A DNA stretch of 64,000 bases from Yuukianura sp. NJ FZ-2021 (lineage: Eukaryota). Positions within the stretch are counted from its first letter, which is position 1; every line of letters starts with the position of its first letter. Of the stretch, positions 12,501-25,006 are shown in pieces. The stretch spans positions 10,602,001-10,666,000 of the forward strand of contig CM102285.1 in the NCBI GenBank assembly GCA_046563655.1, in the 5' to 3' direction. The notes beneath the pieces were generated by a model that saw only the letters and a program-made list of their open reading frames with translations, was not told the origin of the DNA and searched no databases. The position numbers were made by a program, and so were the translations under genes.

Positions 12501-15500
12501 AAAAAAATAGATGAACCACAAACGCAATGACTTGGAATTTACTCTTGATGGATTTTTTTATGTCAGGCTCAACAGCAAAGCCCAACTGCCTAATCCACCG
12601 ACCAAATACATCAAGTTCTGCACAGAATTCAAGCGCACTGTGCCTCGGAATTTTGTTTTGAAAAAAAACTTTTTTATGCCCCTAAGGCACCAGTTTCTCT
12701 CCTTATTGAATACGCCTACATTCCCTAACATAATTTGAAAATTTTTACTTAAACAACTTAAAAGAGAAAGTTCGCCAGAAGGGACTTAATACTTTCACTT
12801 GTTGTTCAAATTTTTTCAAAACAAATAGAAACTGAAAGTTTCACATGCGATGAGCCATGCCGCAAGCTGCTACGATCAATTTATCCAGAAGTGTTTACCC
12901 TGAGCCTGACAGACAGACGCTACTGCTGCTCTGAATGATGACACGCTTGGACTAAGATCCATTTCGTTTCTTATTTTCAGTAGCTTCAAGCACAATGCCT
13001 CTTTCGTCATGACAAGATGGCCGACAATTCGTCGCAATAAGTCACTCCGACCTCCGTCACCTTCTCTGTCGCTCCAGACGAGGGAAGGGACCATGCGTGG
13101 AGATTCAATAAGAGAGCATCACCACCATCATCATTGCGGAAGTGTTGGCGGGTCGACAATCGGAATTGCAAATACTGGACCTCCACCGCGCCTTCAAACC
13201 AGTAATAGTCAAGATTCGGTGGCTGGTCGTGAAGAGAGTTCACTTCATGACCTCTGTGACGACGAAGAGGTGACTGATCGTTGGGGTCAACTGACTCCCA
13301 GGCACAAAATGGCGGTTCGCGCAATTCGAAAGGTTAGTTTTTAACCAATCGTGTGAAACGAGCTTACTTTTGGTTAATTTTCTCTGACTTTCACTTGAAG
13401 AGGGAGGAGATTAAAGAATTGGGTTAAGATGAAATTACTCACAGATTGTTCACTTTTCAACATTTTTGCTCCGCTGGTTTCTAAATAATAAAGTTGAAAG
13501 TTTGTGAGTAAACTCTAGGTTCAAGGGGCTTGTAGCGGATTAATAAGGGGCTTAGGACTTAATGAAATTATTTTATAAAGAGAAAGCAGCAGGATTTTGT
13601 TGTGTGTAGTAAAGACTCTCTCTCTCTCTCTCTGTTTTTCATGTGGTTCTCCGCAGATGAAGTACTTGGTGGCTCGAAGGAAGTTTCGAGAGGCTCTGAA
13701 GCCTTATGACGTGAAGGATGTGATGGAGCAGTACTCGGCTGGGCACGTAGATCTCTTGGGACGCGTGAAAACCCTTCAATCCCGGTTCGTACAACAATTC
13801 ACTTTTCTTCATTAGAATTTCCAACAACTGAAATAACTCAACAACAGTTTTCTCTAGAACCTAACCTAACCTACGTCATATGAAAACCGCTAGGACTCGA
13901 GTCCACTTCCCAGAAGTCTCCCAAGGGCCCTCCGCCCTTTAAACTTGAATAATTTTACGAATTTCATTTCCAGAATTCCCACTTTCCATTTCGTTAGTAA
14001 ACCTTTGTGCGAATAAGTTAGTTAAATTCTAACAATTCTGGAAAGGAAAAAGTGCACAGAAATTGAGACAATGGTTAACCTACTTTTGTTATTATGCGAA
14101 AGAATAAGTTTATAGCACTGCAGAAACGAAGAGAAGTTTGTTTTTAGTCATTAACGTAACATTAGCTCTAACTCTATTCTTAGCTTTTACATTCCTATTG
14201 TCTTTTCCTAATTAATGAGATGTCAATTACCAAAATGACAGGAAAAAACAATGGCCTAGGCCTAAGTTAGTTCGTTAGTTTCAAGTAGTCAATCCATTTT
14301 AATAGTTTTTGCTTGAAAACAGCTTTCATCTGAGAGAAAAGCCGAAAGATTCATGTTTTTGAGCAGCTTATTATTCAAAGAACCTGAAATTGAGTTAATT
14401 TGTTGAGTACAAGTATCTTCATCTGCAACGACAGAGTATTCATAAAGTAAAGTGGTTACGACATTGCTTTTTCAGAAAGTATTGCTTTCAACATAAAACT
14501 TGATGATCAAAGTCAAAAGCATGATTACCTTGTTTTTTCTTTGTTTGTAACAAATATGGAAATTGCGGGAGGTGAAAGTCTTTTTCCTAGAAGAAGCTTC
14601 TCCTGTCTGAGACAGGTGGAAAACTTTCTCTTTAGAAAAAAATTGAATAAAAAAAATAATTTTCTCATTTTTTTCTTTAACGGATTTCCTCCATGGGAGA
14701 GATAAAGTCCAGGAATTTGTTATCAAATTGAGAAAGCAATTCGGTTTGAAAAAAAAGTAGAAATTTTTTTGAGCCTTTAGGAATTTACTGAAACTACTTT
14801 ACAATGCAGCTTTCCTTTTATTTCACTCCTAATCACAAAATGCCTATGCACATACTGCTTTCGTTTTTTGACATGAGCTAACGATACTAATAAATGGTTT
14901 CCGACTGACCAATTGAAAATTGCTCGTCCAGTAATTTCATTTTCGGCTTGGTCTTTGAAAATTTCATTCGAAAATAAGTGAAAATAGGAATTATGTTTAG
15001 AACGAGGATTCCTTGGACCGTGGGAATGACATTTACGTTTACACTTCACACGAACTTGGCATTCTTTTTTTTTAAAGCGAGGCACCTTCTGCGTAATAAC
15101 GAGATTTTTTTTAAGCTAGGCGAAGGAGAAAGCAGATTTTGAGGTTTCTTTTTTAAATCTGTTCCAGGGGAATTGTGATTTATGCGTTCATTGAAATAAG
15201 TGCCAGAAAATGCGGTAGAACAACTGAAGAATAACGAGAAAGTATTATATTATGTTAAAAAGCGGGAAAACCTGCGTGGGAAGACGAAGAACCTAAATTA
15301 ACGTAACATATCTAGGATTTTTTCTTCAAACTTCAACAACCCATCCCTACTCGCCTCATCACCTTCCCTCCCACTTTCATTCATCACAAAATCCAATCCT
15401 TTTAAAATAAAACCTGGAAAAGAGAAAGTTCACATTTTCACGAACTATTTTTATTCTCTTTTTGCATTTTTCTTCAGATTTGATCAAATCCTGGGCAGAC

Positions 15501-16689
15501 ACGGCTCAAAAACAAGGGACGTATATGACTCCAAGATCTGCTTGGCTGCTCGAGTGGTGAAAGTTGAGAGACAGGTATTACTCAAAATTCCTTTGCAACA
15601 ACACATCTCCCGTTGTCAACACTTTCTCCTTCCTTCCAATTGTTCCAAATTCTTCAAATTCTGCTTTCTCCTCAAAGGTGGAAGACATTGAAACCAAGTT
15701 GGAACAACTTCTGGAACTTTACTTGGAAGATCGTAAAGTGTTACTGGGCCTTGCAACATCCATTTCACCTACAAATTCCTTGACTCCACCGAATCACTCT
15801 CCACCACCCCCGCCCCCACAAGCTCCATTACTTGAGGTCGATCCTCCTTCTAATGCTGGTGGTGGGGGTGGGAATTCGTCAGGAAAGTACAAAAGAACCA
15901 AGCCACGGCCTATCCTGGTTGCAAAACAGGTGAAAACAAAAGGCTATGAAAGCGGAGGTTGTGTCGTAAATAATTAAATCTAGGCTAATCTAACCTGACC
16001 TTCTTGTATGATATTTTACGCAGAGCAGTGAGCCAAGTAGTCCCATAACTACACACTACAAGGGCCTGGGCGAAGAAAGTCAGCAGTTGATTGCTCCTCC
16101 TACAAGCAAAATGAGAAAGAGAGTAACCCTCAGGTAAATTATTTTTGTAAAAGTTGAAATGAGGTGCCAGTTGTGAAATCTGATTTTGTAAATGGTGCGT
16201 ACAGAATCTGTAATGTTCAAAATTCAGTTCTTGTTGACTAAATGTTGGGGAAAAGTCATAGCTGTGGCTGGGAAGATTTCTTTTTCAAGATCACAACTAA
16301 TTTGAAATGATTTTTGAATTGCAAATTCATTTCTGACCTGGATTTAATACAGGCGTTCTTCTATAAACAGCTCGATTCCGTCCAGAGAAGTGAAACAACC
16401 ACCTTTACCGCATTCCGCATCTTCATCCGGTGGGCAAGGGTCCACTTTAAGTCCAGGTTCATCTGGAAATTCAGTTCGATTTGCACCACCACCACCAGAT
16501 TCATCCGAATCACGCAAAACTACTCCTGTAATGGAAAATTCAAATGCACTGACTCCACCACCTACGACTACAATTCCAATTCTTCAATTCATCTCCTGTG
16601 ACAACAGTTTTGATCAAATCGTCTTCCATATTCCAGAACAAAGTCAGAACGGAGTCTTTGAGGTACAAAAAGTGAAAGTTCAAACTTAA
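6591..16689 (+). CDS. KCNQ: Voltage-gated potassium channel KCNQ/Kv7, 5'-partial (N-terminal exon(s) not found in window); ~697 aa visible
   Basis: Ten GT-AG exons in continuous frame: 6591-6808, 6973-7277, 9841-9951, 10729-10913, 12981-13332, 13657-13784, 15478-15574, 15678-15929, 16024-16133, 16353-16689. S2-S3 [14 protein letters not shown]4 [29 protein letters not shown]; pore [17 protein letters not shown]6 [25 protein letters not shown]; helix [16 protein letters not shown]; helix [24 protein letters not shown]. Confidence 0.96.
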
Positions 16690-17770
16690 GTGAAAGCCAA
16701 CTTGAAATCTAAAATCCGATTTTGGTTTTTGGATAGGAAACTTCTGGAGACTTGGAATTGGACCACCCAAGAAATAATTTATGAGACTGGATTTAGTTTA
16801 TAGCAAGCAACTTCGGCAACAAGCTTCTTAATGTTTAGATTTTCGTCAAATTCCATCATCATACACGCTAAAAAGCCCAATAGAATTTTCAACTTGAAAT
16901 TCAATTTCGTTTTCGTTTTAAAGTATTCAAGTGATACGGAGATTGAGACGGGCAGCACCTTCCTAACGGGCATGAATTTTCAGAAATGAATTCATTTGAA
17001 ACGTGTGAAATTATCGAATTTGCTGAATCACAAGATTCAAGATGTGATAAATATTAATATTTAAACTTGTAGAGTAAGTTGATTTACATATTGTGTTTAA
17101 ATTGTAACACTTCACCTTTTTAGCCATGCGCCCTGCTCAAGAATTAGATTTCGGAAAAATTTAAAAATTAATCAATGTGTGAAAAAATTACCTCCTGTTT
17201 GCACGGATTACTCAATGCACAATCAAAAGCCTGAAGAATTTGCCCGATTAGAAATTTTGCACAACTAAAATCTCAAACATGAACAGGCGTTCTCATTCGA
17301 ACAATAAAATTTAAGCAAGTTCGATCTTAGTATTGACCTTCTTTGTTAGAAAACAAGGTTAAAAGTACGCTTTTCGAAAAATATTTAATTTATTTCTCCA
17401 AAACGGGTATTTTTTAAAAGAGCTATTAAAGATAGGCGTGTTTTTTATTTTATTCATTTATTTATTTTATTTATATTTTTTTTTTGAAAGTAAGTAAGTG
17501 TTTTTAATCGCGAGTCAAGAGAAAGAACAAGATTAGTAAGAAATTCGAAAGTTAAAAAAAATATGTTTTCCTTTAAATTCTATTTTGGAAACAAGATTTT
17601 CGAAACTTCTTATATGAAATCATTTAGGTGCATTTTGGCACAATCCCGTTGACATTTTAGGTTGCTGTATCTAGGTCACTCAAGTTAGAATCCTCAGCCC
17701 CTTCAAAAGTAAACAAATGAGAATTTGAGTGAAACCAAATCTAGAAATAGGAAACTTAATGTGACAACTA

Positions 17771-18085
17771 TTACCGGTTGAAGTTATTCAAGAAGGGATT
17801 GTAACCGGGATACCGGTAGTTTTGATATCTGAGGCGGTTTGCCCGGTTCCAACTATTCAAGTTCATACGATTCCAGGCATCTTGATCGTTTACGTTGCTG
17901 GGAACCCAATCACCGGTGTAGTAAATGCCGCTCTTTGTATCGTATAACTCGATAATATCTGCGCCAGGGACATAAATTCGCAAATTGCTGTCCTTCGTCG
18001 CTGGATCCGCGCTGAAATCAAACCCGTATCCGTGGGCTACTCCTGCAAATGCTGCGACAAAGAAAATTAAACGTATCAACGCCAT
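17771..18085 (-). CDS. Small predicted secreted protein (104 aa), Asn/Tyr/Arg-rich, family not recognised
   Basis: ATG at 18085 followed by a signal peptide MALIRLIFFVAAFAGVAHG; single coding exon to TAA; upstream TATAAAA and TCAGTT on the minus strand. Confidence 0.8.
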   Translation of the reverse strand: MALIRLIFFVAAFAGVAHGYGFDFSADPATKDSNLRIYVPGADIIELYDTKSGIYYTGDWVPSNVNDQDAWNRMNLNSWNRANRLRYQNYRYPGYNPFLNNFNR

Positions 18086-18171
18086 TTCTAAAAAAATACA
18101 ACAAATTTGTGACTTTGACTGTCTTCGGTTTTTAGTTTCTTGAAATGGCTTTTTGACCAATTCAAATTCAG

Positions 18172-18209
18172 AACTGATTTTGAAACCTATCCATCACATC
18201 TCTTTTATA
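18172..18209 (-). promoter_or_regulatory. Putative TATA box plus arthropod initiator for the small secreted protein gene
   Basis: Minus strand TATAAAA at 18209-18203 and TCAGTT at 18177-18172, ~90 nt upstream of the ATG. Spacing is slightly longer than canonical. Confidence 0.5.
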
Positions 18210-19977
18210 GTTCCTTGAAACGTTTCCGAATATCCACAACCTGATACTTCTTGTCCAAAATTTCACCTAGATTTCCCACATACACTGTGGATTGACTTCT
18301 AGTCCAAGGACAAACTTTTATGTCCAGGAATTGACTTGATTTATGGACAAGTTGTACAAGAAAGGATTATGGACGGACAATTAAGATTCTACGTCTAATA
18401 AAAGACAATTTTTAGAAAATTAGCATAAACAGCAATACCCAATTATGAAAACCTGCCAAAGGAGATGCCACTAACTAGGATCATCCAGGAATTTTAATGA
18501 AGACTAGCCCATATTCAGTCACCGTCGCCAACAACAACAACCATCAGCAGTCACATCAAAAATCAATTTTACGACCCTGATTCTGGTCAACATGTCGTTT
18601 CTGCCAGTAAAAGTGACACATCCGCCTTCTCTTTACGACATTACACTATGCCAAAAATTCTTGATTTTTGAGCTATAGGGTAGTTTCTAGATTCTAGAGT
18701 GCTTTTTAAGTAGTTCATGAACAGAATAATATTGAAGCACTTAAAAGAAGAAGAGCAACATATTGACAGTGATGATGATGTTTACTTGGCATAAATTGGC
18801 AATGAAGAAACTTGTTTCAGGGTGGATCCGTCGTGTTATCTAATTAGCACTTTTATGTGAAAAAAAACAAAAGAATAAGGATATTAGAGCATCCAGCAGT
18901 GTCGTCTTTACATTAATAAAAATTTGCCAAACTAAATGTAAAACGTAAAAGTAAAATGTAAAACGCAACAGACACATTTGGTCTGAAAAATGAACATGAA
19001 TTTAGTAACAACATAGATAGAAATGTTGAGTACTCCATTGTCCTCCTCATCACTAAAAATGGCGATCTATTCCAAATTCGGTTTCCGTTATAGTAAGCCA
19101 ACACCAGCTGATTTCAACAAATTTAAATCTATTGCCAAATTGGCATGTACCATTTAAAAACAAGTTTTTGTAAGTGAATTCATAATTTATATTAACATTT
19201 GGCAGTCATATTATTAGTGATAATTGCTGTACTAAAACAGAATTTAGTTTTCAGGTTCTTCAAAATTTTGAAACTAAAACTTAATTTGCAAGATATCCAT
19301 TAAACCACCAAACAATTTAACTATGTATCGGTCATTCCCTCTGAATTTTGCTGTGCGTTTAATGCACTCTCCTATTTTACGTTCATTCATAAACACAAAA
19401 AGGGTGTTTTATCTAATGGATCCTTCCATTTTACGTTCATTCATAACTGGGGTTGATTGATAATTGCATGTGTACTTATCAATGAACCCAAATTTACTAC
19501 GTCCTTATCTATGAATGGGAGAGTTTTACGCTCAAGGTCAATTTTACTATGGAATGTTACACACTCATTCATAAAAGTTCATTCACGAAATCACTTTGCG
19601 CATATGCGAGGTGATGAACTTTATTCAATCAGAAACCAGAGAACCTCACGAATATTATTTTAAAGTTTGTCAGGCGTTTTACGCTTGGGTTTTCTTTATT
19701 GTAGTTTTCCGACATTTGTTATTGCTAATTTGTTATTTAATTCTCTAAATTACTACAATTTAGTTAATTAAATTTAAAATTAACACCACGCACCAGTCAT
19801 CCGTTGGGATCAGCTTGTCCAACTATGAAAGTTACAAGGGAGAAAAGTCGGAGTGTAAACAAAAAACATATGTGACGGTGCAGCAGATTGGTGAACGGTA
19901 AACTGTTTACTGTCAATTTGTACATTAAAAACATGGTCACTACGCCTTCCGGTTCTTCGGTTTCTGGAAGTGGGACA

Positions 19978-22544
19978 ATGAGTACGTCCGTTCATGGTAA
20001 TAGTTTGACGGAAGCTATTGACAGGGTCACTCGGCTCCGAATAAGCAATGACAAGGTAAAGTAATCAGACTGCAGACTTATGACAAGATTTGTATAAAGA
20101 TAATATTGTCTTCGGAAATGATCATCGATTGATTTGTATGTAATTTTTAAATTGTTAGACCATGCTTTCTGCGCTGTCGGCTTTCTCGACCCTGCCTCTA
20201 CCAGATGACTCAACAACTAACGCCAACGTTCAGAATCAGCTGGATCTCCAGGCTTTAATACAAGCCCACCAAATCAAAAGCTACAAAAAGTTCCTCGCAG
20301 CATTCAAAGAAGTTAAAGATGGAGTCAAGAGTTTGGAAGTTGAACTGACGAATCTGAGCACCAAATGCGATGAAATGCATTCTACGTTAACTACAAGCAA
20401 GCAGAATTCTCGGAACTTGATTGAAGAAATATCGAAGTTGGGGGTCGAGCGAAAGAAGCTATTGAAGGAACGGGATTTAGCACTGGCTTACCAGAATGCT
20501 TTCCAACTTAACGCTGAAGACTTGAAAATACTTCGAGGTTCTGATCACGTAACTGGCAACAGCCTAACTCCGGAATTCTTTGCAGTAAGATATCCAAATT
20601 GTAGAAAGTGCTGTGTTACCTTATCACTTATCCTGATTGGTTTCTTTGTAAATACAAAGGTGTTCGACAAAATCCAAAGGATTCAGTCCAACGCTGCAGT
20701 GCTAAAGGAAGTTGGACATCACACCACGGCTATTGAAATCATGGATCAAATGGGACTTTTCCAGGCAAGTTAAAACTTTTAGTGCATTGCCTTGTCAGCT
20801 TGGATGCAAAGTTACCGAATATTATTGCTTTTTGTAGGAAACAGCGTTAGAAAGAATTTACAGATGGGCGCAGTCGCAATGCAGAAACGTCGAAAACCCA
20901 GAAACAGCGGACATTCTGACCAAAGCCATGGAAAAACTTCAAATCCGTCCAATGCTTCTGAAGTATTTTCCCTCAGAAGTGAATTATTACCATTTTGCTA
21001 GATCACCGATGTCATTTTGCTCGTCTTTTAGGTACGTAATCGATGAGTACAACAGTCATAGACGATCCCTGGTTGTTCGAAGCTTTATTGACGCTTTAAC
21101 TGGAGTTGGTAACATCAAAGGAATTGAGTTAATCGGTAAACTCGTTTTATATATGAACAAAAATTTCAATTTCTCTTTACTGGAAAAATTTGATTTTCAA
21201 AGTCTGGTAACAGGAAGCGTCGATCCGGCGCGATATATCGGTGACATGTTAGCATGGATTCATCAAGCAACTCCATCAGAAAAGGATAATTTACTTGTTC
21301 TACTAAAAAATTGCGATCATAACGGTTTGTAAACAACACTCCAAATTCCGACTCTAATCTCTTAAATCTTTCGGACGTCTTTTTTTTCTAGAAGAAAGAA
21401 TTCAGGACTGTTTGGCTACAATTTTGGATGGAGTTTGCCGGCCACTCAACGTTAGGATTGAACAAACTGTGCTTTCTGGCTATGACTGTGTCACCATAAA
21501 CAAAATTGATCTAATCCTTCAATTTTACTTTGACACTATGGGACAGGTGAATTTTTATAGCTTTTCCTGATAGAATTTTACAATGTTGTGAACAGGATTT
21601 CTTGTCAAACGGGTTAACTATTTTCAACTGAATTTCTGATTCAGGTTGTTCCTGGAAGTAATTTGCTGACGACCATCAAAGAGTTAAAATCCATAGCCCA
21701 CCAAACATTCCTTACTCAACTAAACGCCCAAGTACATATTTTTGGATAATATTTTCAACAAATTATATTTATTTTAATGTTCACTTTCACTTTTTGAAAG
21801 GTTGAGGCCGAGTTGGGAGAATTTAGACCACCATCATCCGACTTGACCCCGTCCCATGTCATCCAAGAACTTCTTTCTCTGCTGAAGGAACTGATTGAGC
21901 CCACCTCCACTGCAGAATACACAATGACAACTGTTCTTATGGTGGTGTCTCCCTTGGTCTCCCAAGTGAATGTCATTGCTACTCGACTGGGCTCACCAGA
22001 CCATGGCGTCTACTTTATAAATTGCATGAACGAAATCATCAAGTTCCTCAAGACTTTGGCCAATACGGAAATGCTGTGCAAAAGTTATGAAGATCAAATT
22101 GAATCCCAAGTTGATCGTCTCTCAGCAGAGCAAAGCAGTTGGCTCGTTGCTCAATTGGGAATTGGACACATTTACACAATTTTAAATGAGAAAATTGAGG
22201 ATCCACTTTCATCAGTTCCAGGAATGGATCCATCTTCTCTCAAAATATTTTCCGTAAGATTTAAATTATGAGAATATTCGTACTCTAAATCATGAAACTA
22301 CCCATGCGTATCCTTCCAGAACAAACTGGATACCTTGATCATCAATCCAGAAAGTGTGCTGCTTCCGCAGTTGATCAATATCAGTGATCTTCCAAGACGC
22401 AAGGCCATTCAACGCCAAAGTTTTCGCATCTTGGTGGCAATTTACAAGCAAGTCTATGATGCTGTCCAGGAGCCCAGGAATCAATATCCAGAAAATCTTC
22501 TGACTTTTGATCCAACTGCACTGGAAACTGCTCTTTGTTCCTAA
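19978..22544 (+). CDS. COG6: Conserved oligomeric Golgi complex subunit 6 (~622 aa)
   Basis: Exons 19978-20055, 20159-20584, 20660-20764, 20838-20962, 21032-21135, 21214-21324, 21392-21546, 21645-21731, 21801-22253, 22320-22544 (1869 nt, in frame; one GC-AG intron). COG6-type motifs QETALERIYRWAQSQCR, FIDALT, DPARYIGDMLAWIHQATPSEKD, GVCRPLNVRIEQ. Confidence 0.92.
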
Positions 22545-22765
22545 TTTGTTGCTTCGTAATCACGGTAGGTTAAAATCCAGTTATTTGTTTAATATCTTTT
22601 CGGTTATGGGTTAGCCTGTTAAAGCTAAAACTTAAGTTGATTAAGTATAAACTGAAAAATTATTGGAACAAGGACACAGAAATGCATTTTTAAAGATTCC
22701 AATCCAATTTTCTGTAGAGGTTAGCTGTTGGGAGTCTCCATTTTGACGTGATGATTGATGATGAT

Positions 22766-23875
22766 TTACGTCCGTGATTGTATTAGCGGTGTTGGTCTGT
22801 AACCTAATGGAAAAACAAAAATAATTTGAAAATTTTGTCGCCTCGACTAATCGATTCTGAAATTATAATACCATTTTCATCTGCGATGTACTCATATGAG
22901 AATCGGATTCCTTCCGGGCTTGTCCAGGCAACTCGTCCAGTTTTCACCGGAGTTGCTTTCTCTTCGTATGCCCTCGTGATAGGATTGTACCCTCCGGTTC
23001 TTTTGGTATAGCCATTTTCTTTTTGATAAATTCCATTTGCCGTTTCGTATCTAGAAGCAAACAATTCAAAATTTTCAAAGAATTTGGAAAATTTTGAATC
23101 GCTCAACTTACTCGACAGCATATTCTCCAGTTGCTGGATTCGTGTCATGACGGAAGTATAAACTGGGAATATAATTGTTGTACTTGGGAGCATACGGAGT
23201 GTTGACATTATCAGGAAATGCTACTTCCGAAATCAGCTCCGGTTCATATTCCGGGTATTTTGAAAAAGGTCCGGATTGTCCGAATGGTCCAAATTCTCTC
23301 TGTGGAACGGGAGAGTATTCAGGTCGTACGGCCTTGACAATCGGACGACGCGATGCCGCAATGGGGGGCCTTAGGGGTGGCCTTGAAATTTCGTAAGGGT
23401 CTCGTGTAGGAGATATCAACGGTAGTCTTTCTTGTTGGTAGGGCACGCGTACGTAGGGTTTCCCATAAGCAAGTTGCGGTTGTGGTCCAATTGTAATTAC
23501 AGGACGTGGTGATTGCAATGACTCTTTTCGAAATGGTGACACTAATGGTTCTGGACGGTAACTCAGGCGACTGTCCAGGGTATTCTGGAAGGCTTGTCTA
23601 GGGGTCAAAACAACCGGGTATTCATCGGTTCCGGAAATATCGTATCCCCGTCGTTCCAGAATGATGGGCCGACGGTTCACATAAAATCGATCTGCCTGAC
23701 GACTCACTCTTTGTTCTGCAAATGGCCGATAGACGCCTGCGCTTTGGTCAGCTTCAAGTGCGTGGCAAAGTGTGACCAAAGCGAGCGACAGAAGGATCTG
23801 CAATTTTTGAATTTTTAGGAAATTTTAGAAAATAGTCTGGAAAACGCTTTTTAAAAAACGTACCTGTCGTATCAT
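22766..23875 (-). CDS. Cuticular protein, Rebers-Riddiford (RR-1-like) chitin-binding domain, ~304 aa
   Basis: Exons 23875-23864, 23797-23112, 23050-22872, 22803-22766 (915 nt). Signal peptide MIRQILLSLALVTLCHA; Pro/Arg/Tyr-rich middle; EYETANGIYQKENG...TGRVAWTSPEGIRFSYEYIADENGYRP. Initiator-like TCAGTT at 23918-23913. Confidence 0.9.
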
Positions 23876-25006
23876 CTTCTTCGCAAAGTTGATCTTATTT
23901 GGTTTTTGTTAGAACTGATTTTTTTTTTGCAAGTTTAGGCTATCACAAGCCCGTCCAAAATGAAACTGATCTCGTAAATTTTTTAATGTAAACTGCGAGT
24001 GGTATTCCAATGCCAAATGACCAAATTCTGCACACAAATTTTCGACGAAAACCTCAAGATTACTAAAATTTCTTGAGCAAGGACGCGAAAGCCATATGAG
24101 GGCGAAATGCTTTTTCGTCTTCAGATAAAGGGAACTGCGCTGACTGTAAGTTTAACAAGGCGTATCAAAAACAAAGACATTCTGATTTAGAATCCTATTG
24201 TTTTATTTTTTTGTTTACAGATTTTAATCGTGGGATCTTGTGGGGGATTACTAGAAGTTCATCAAAATTACAGGAAGGATGATTACTCGTACGAAAGCCA
24301 CGAGAAGACCTCACATCCATCATTCCTTGAATTCACGCAAAATGAAATTGATTACTGCGTTGTCATTTTTTTGCACTTAAGACTGACTGACAGTTCGGCC
24401 CTTCCTGTTTTCTGAGTAAAATGTGTAAGTGTCACGGCTTAATTGGGGGTAAAGATGAGTAAGATTCACTGGAGCAATTGTAAAATTTCCAATTTTTTTC
24501 ATGTTTTAATGAGAGTTCCAGGTTTACCTTGAGTTGGAATTCTTAAAACTTTCATAAAACGGCAGGATTTCTTGACTTGGCGTGGGAATTTTTTAGTTCA
24601 TTTTCGTACTGAAAAGAAAACAAAGGTAAGAATATGGACGTGTTTGAATCATACAGGAAGAGAAATTGACGTGGAACGTGTTGACTTCAAATATTTCAAA
24701 ACGTGAAAGTAAAGGAGTCAAACTTTGACCTTGGTTTTGTTGTTTTGAAGATGTTCAAGGGAGTAAGGAAGGGATTCAAAATTTTTGGGATGCGTTTAAA
24801 AATACCACTGGCCTGTGAAGATGTTTCTGGTTTCTGAAGCTTTAGCTTCTGTTTTGAAAAAGGGAATATTCTTGGTGGACTGTGTTGAAAATTCGGAATT
24901 TGAAAAGACTTCCATTTCCGGTACGTGCGTTTAATTTATGTGAATTTCTACAATTTTTTCCTAACTTTTTTAATTCTTCTGACGATTTTTTTTTGGAATT
25001 AACTAG

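Noticed and set aside
13857..13873. (CCTAA)n telomere-like units, also GTTAGGTTAGG near 37096
   Set aside because: Only two to three units; too short to call an interstitial telomere or element.
18320..18800. Coding-like composition, possible decayed gene or transposon fragment
   Set aside because: Frequent stops, no identifiable domain and no termini.
19374..19446. 19-bp direct repeat ATTTTACGTTCATTCATAA upstream of COG6
   Set aside because: Only two copies; not CRISPR-like and no function can be assigned.
20963..20972. GTATTTTCC donor resembling a U12-type splice site
   Set aside because: Deviates from GTATCCTT and no clear TCCTTAAC branch point is present.
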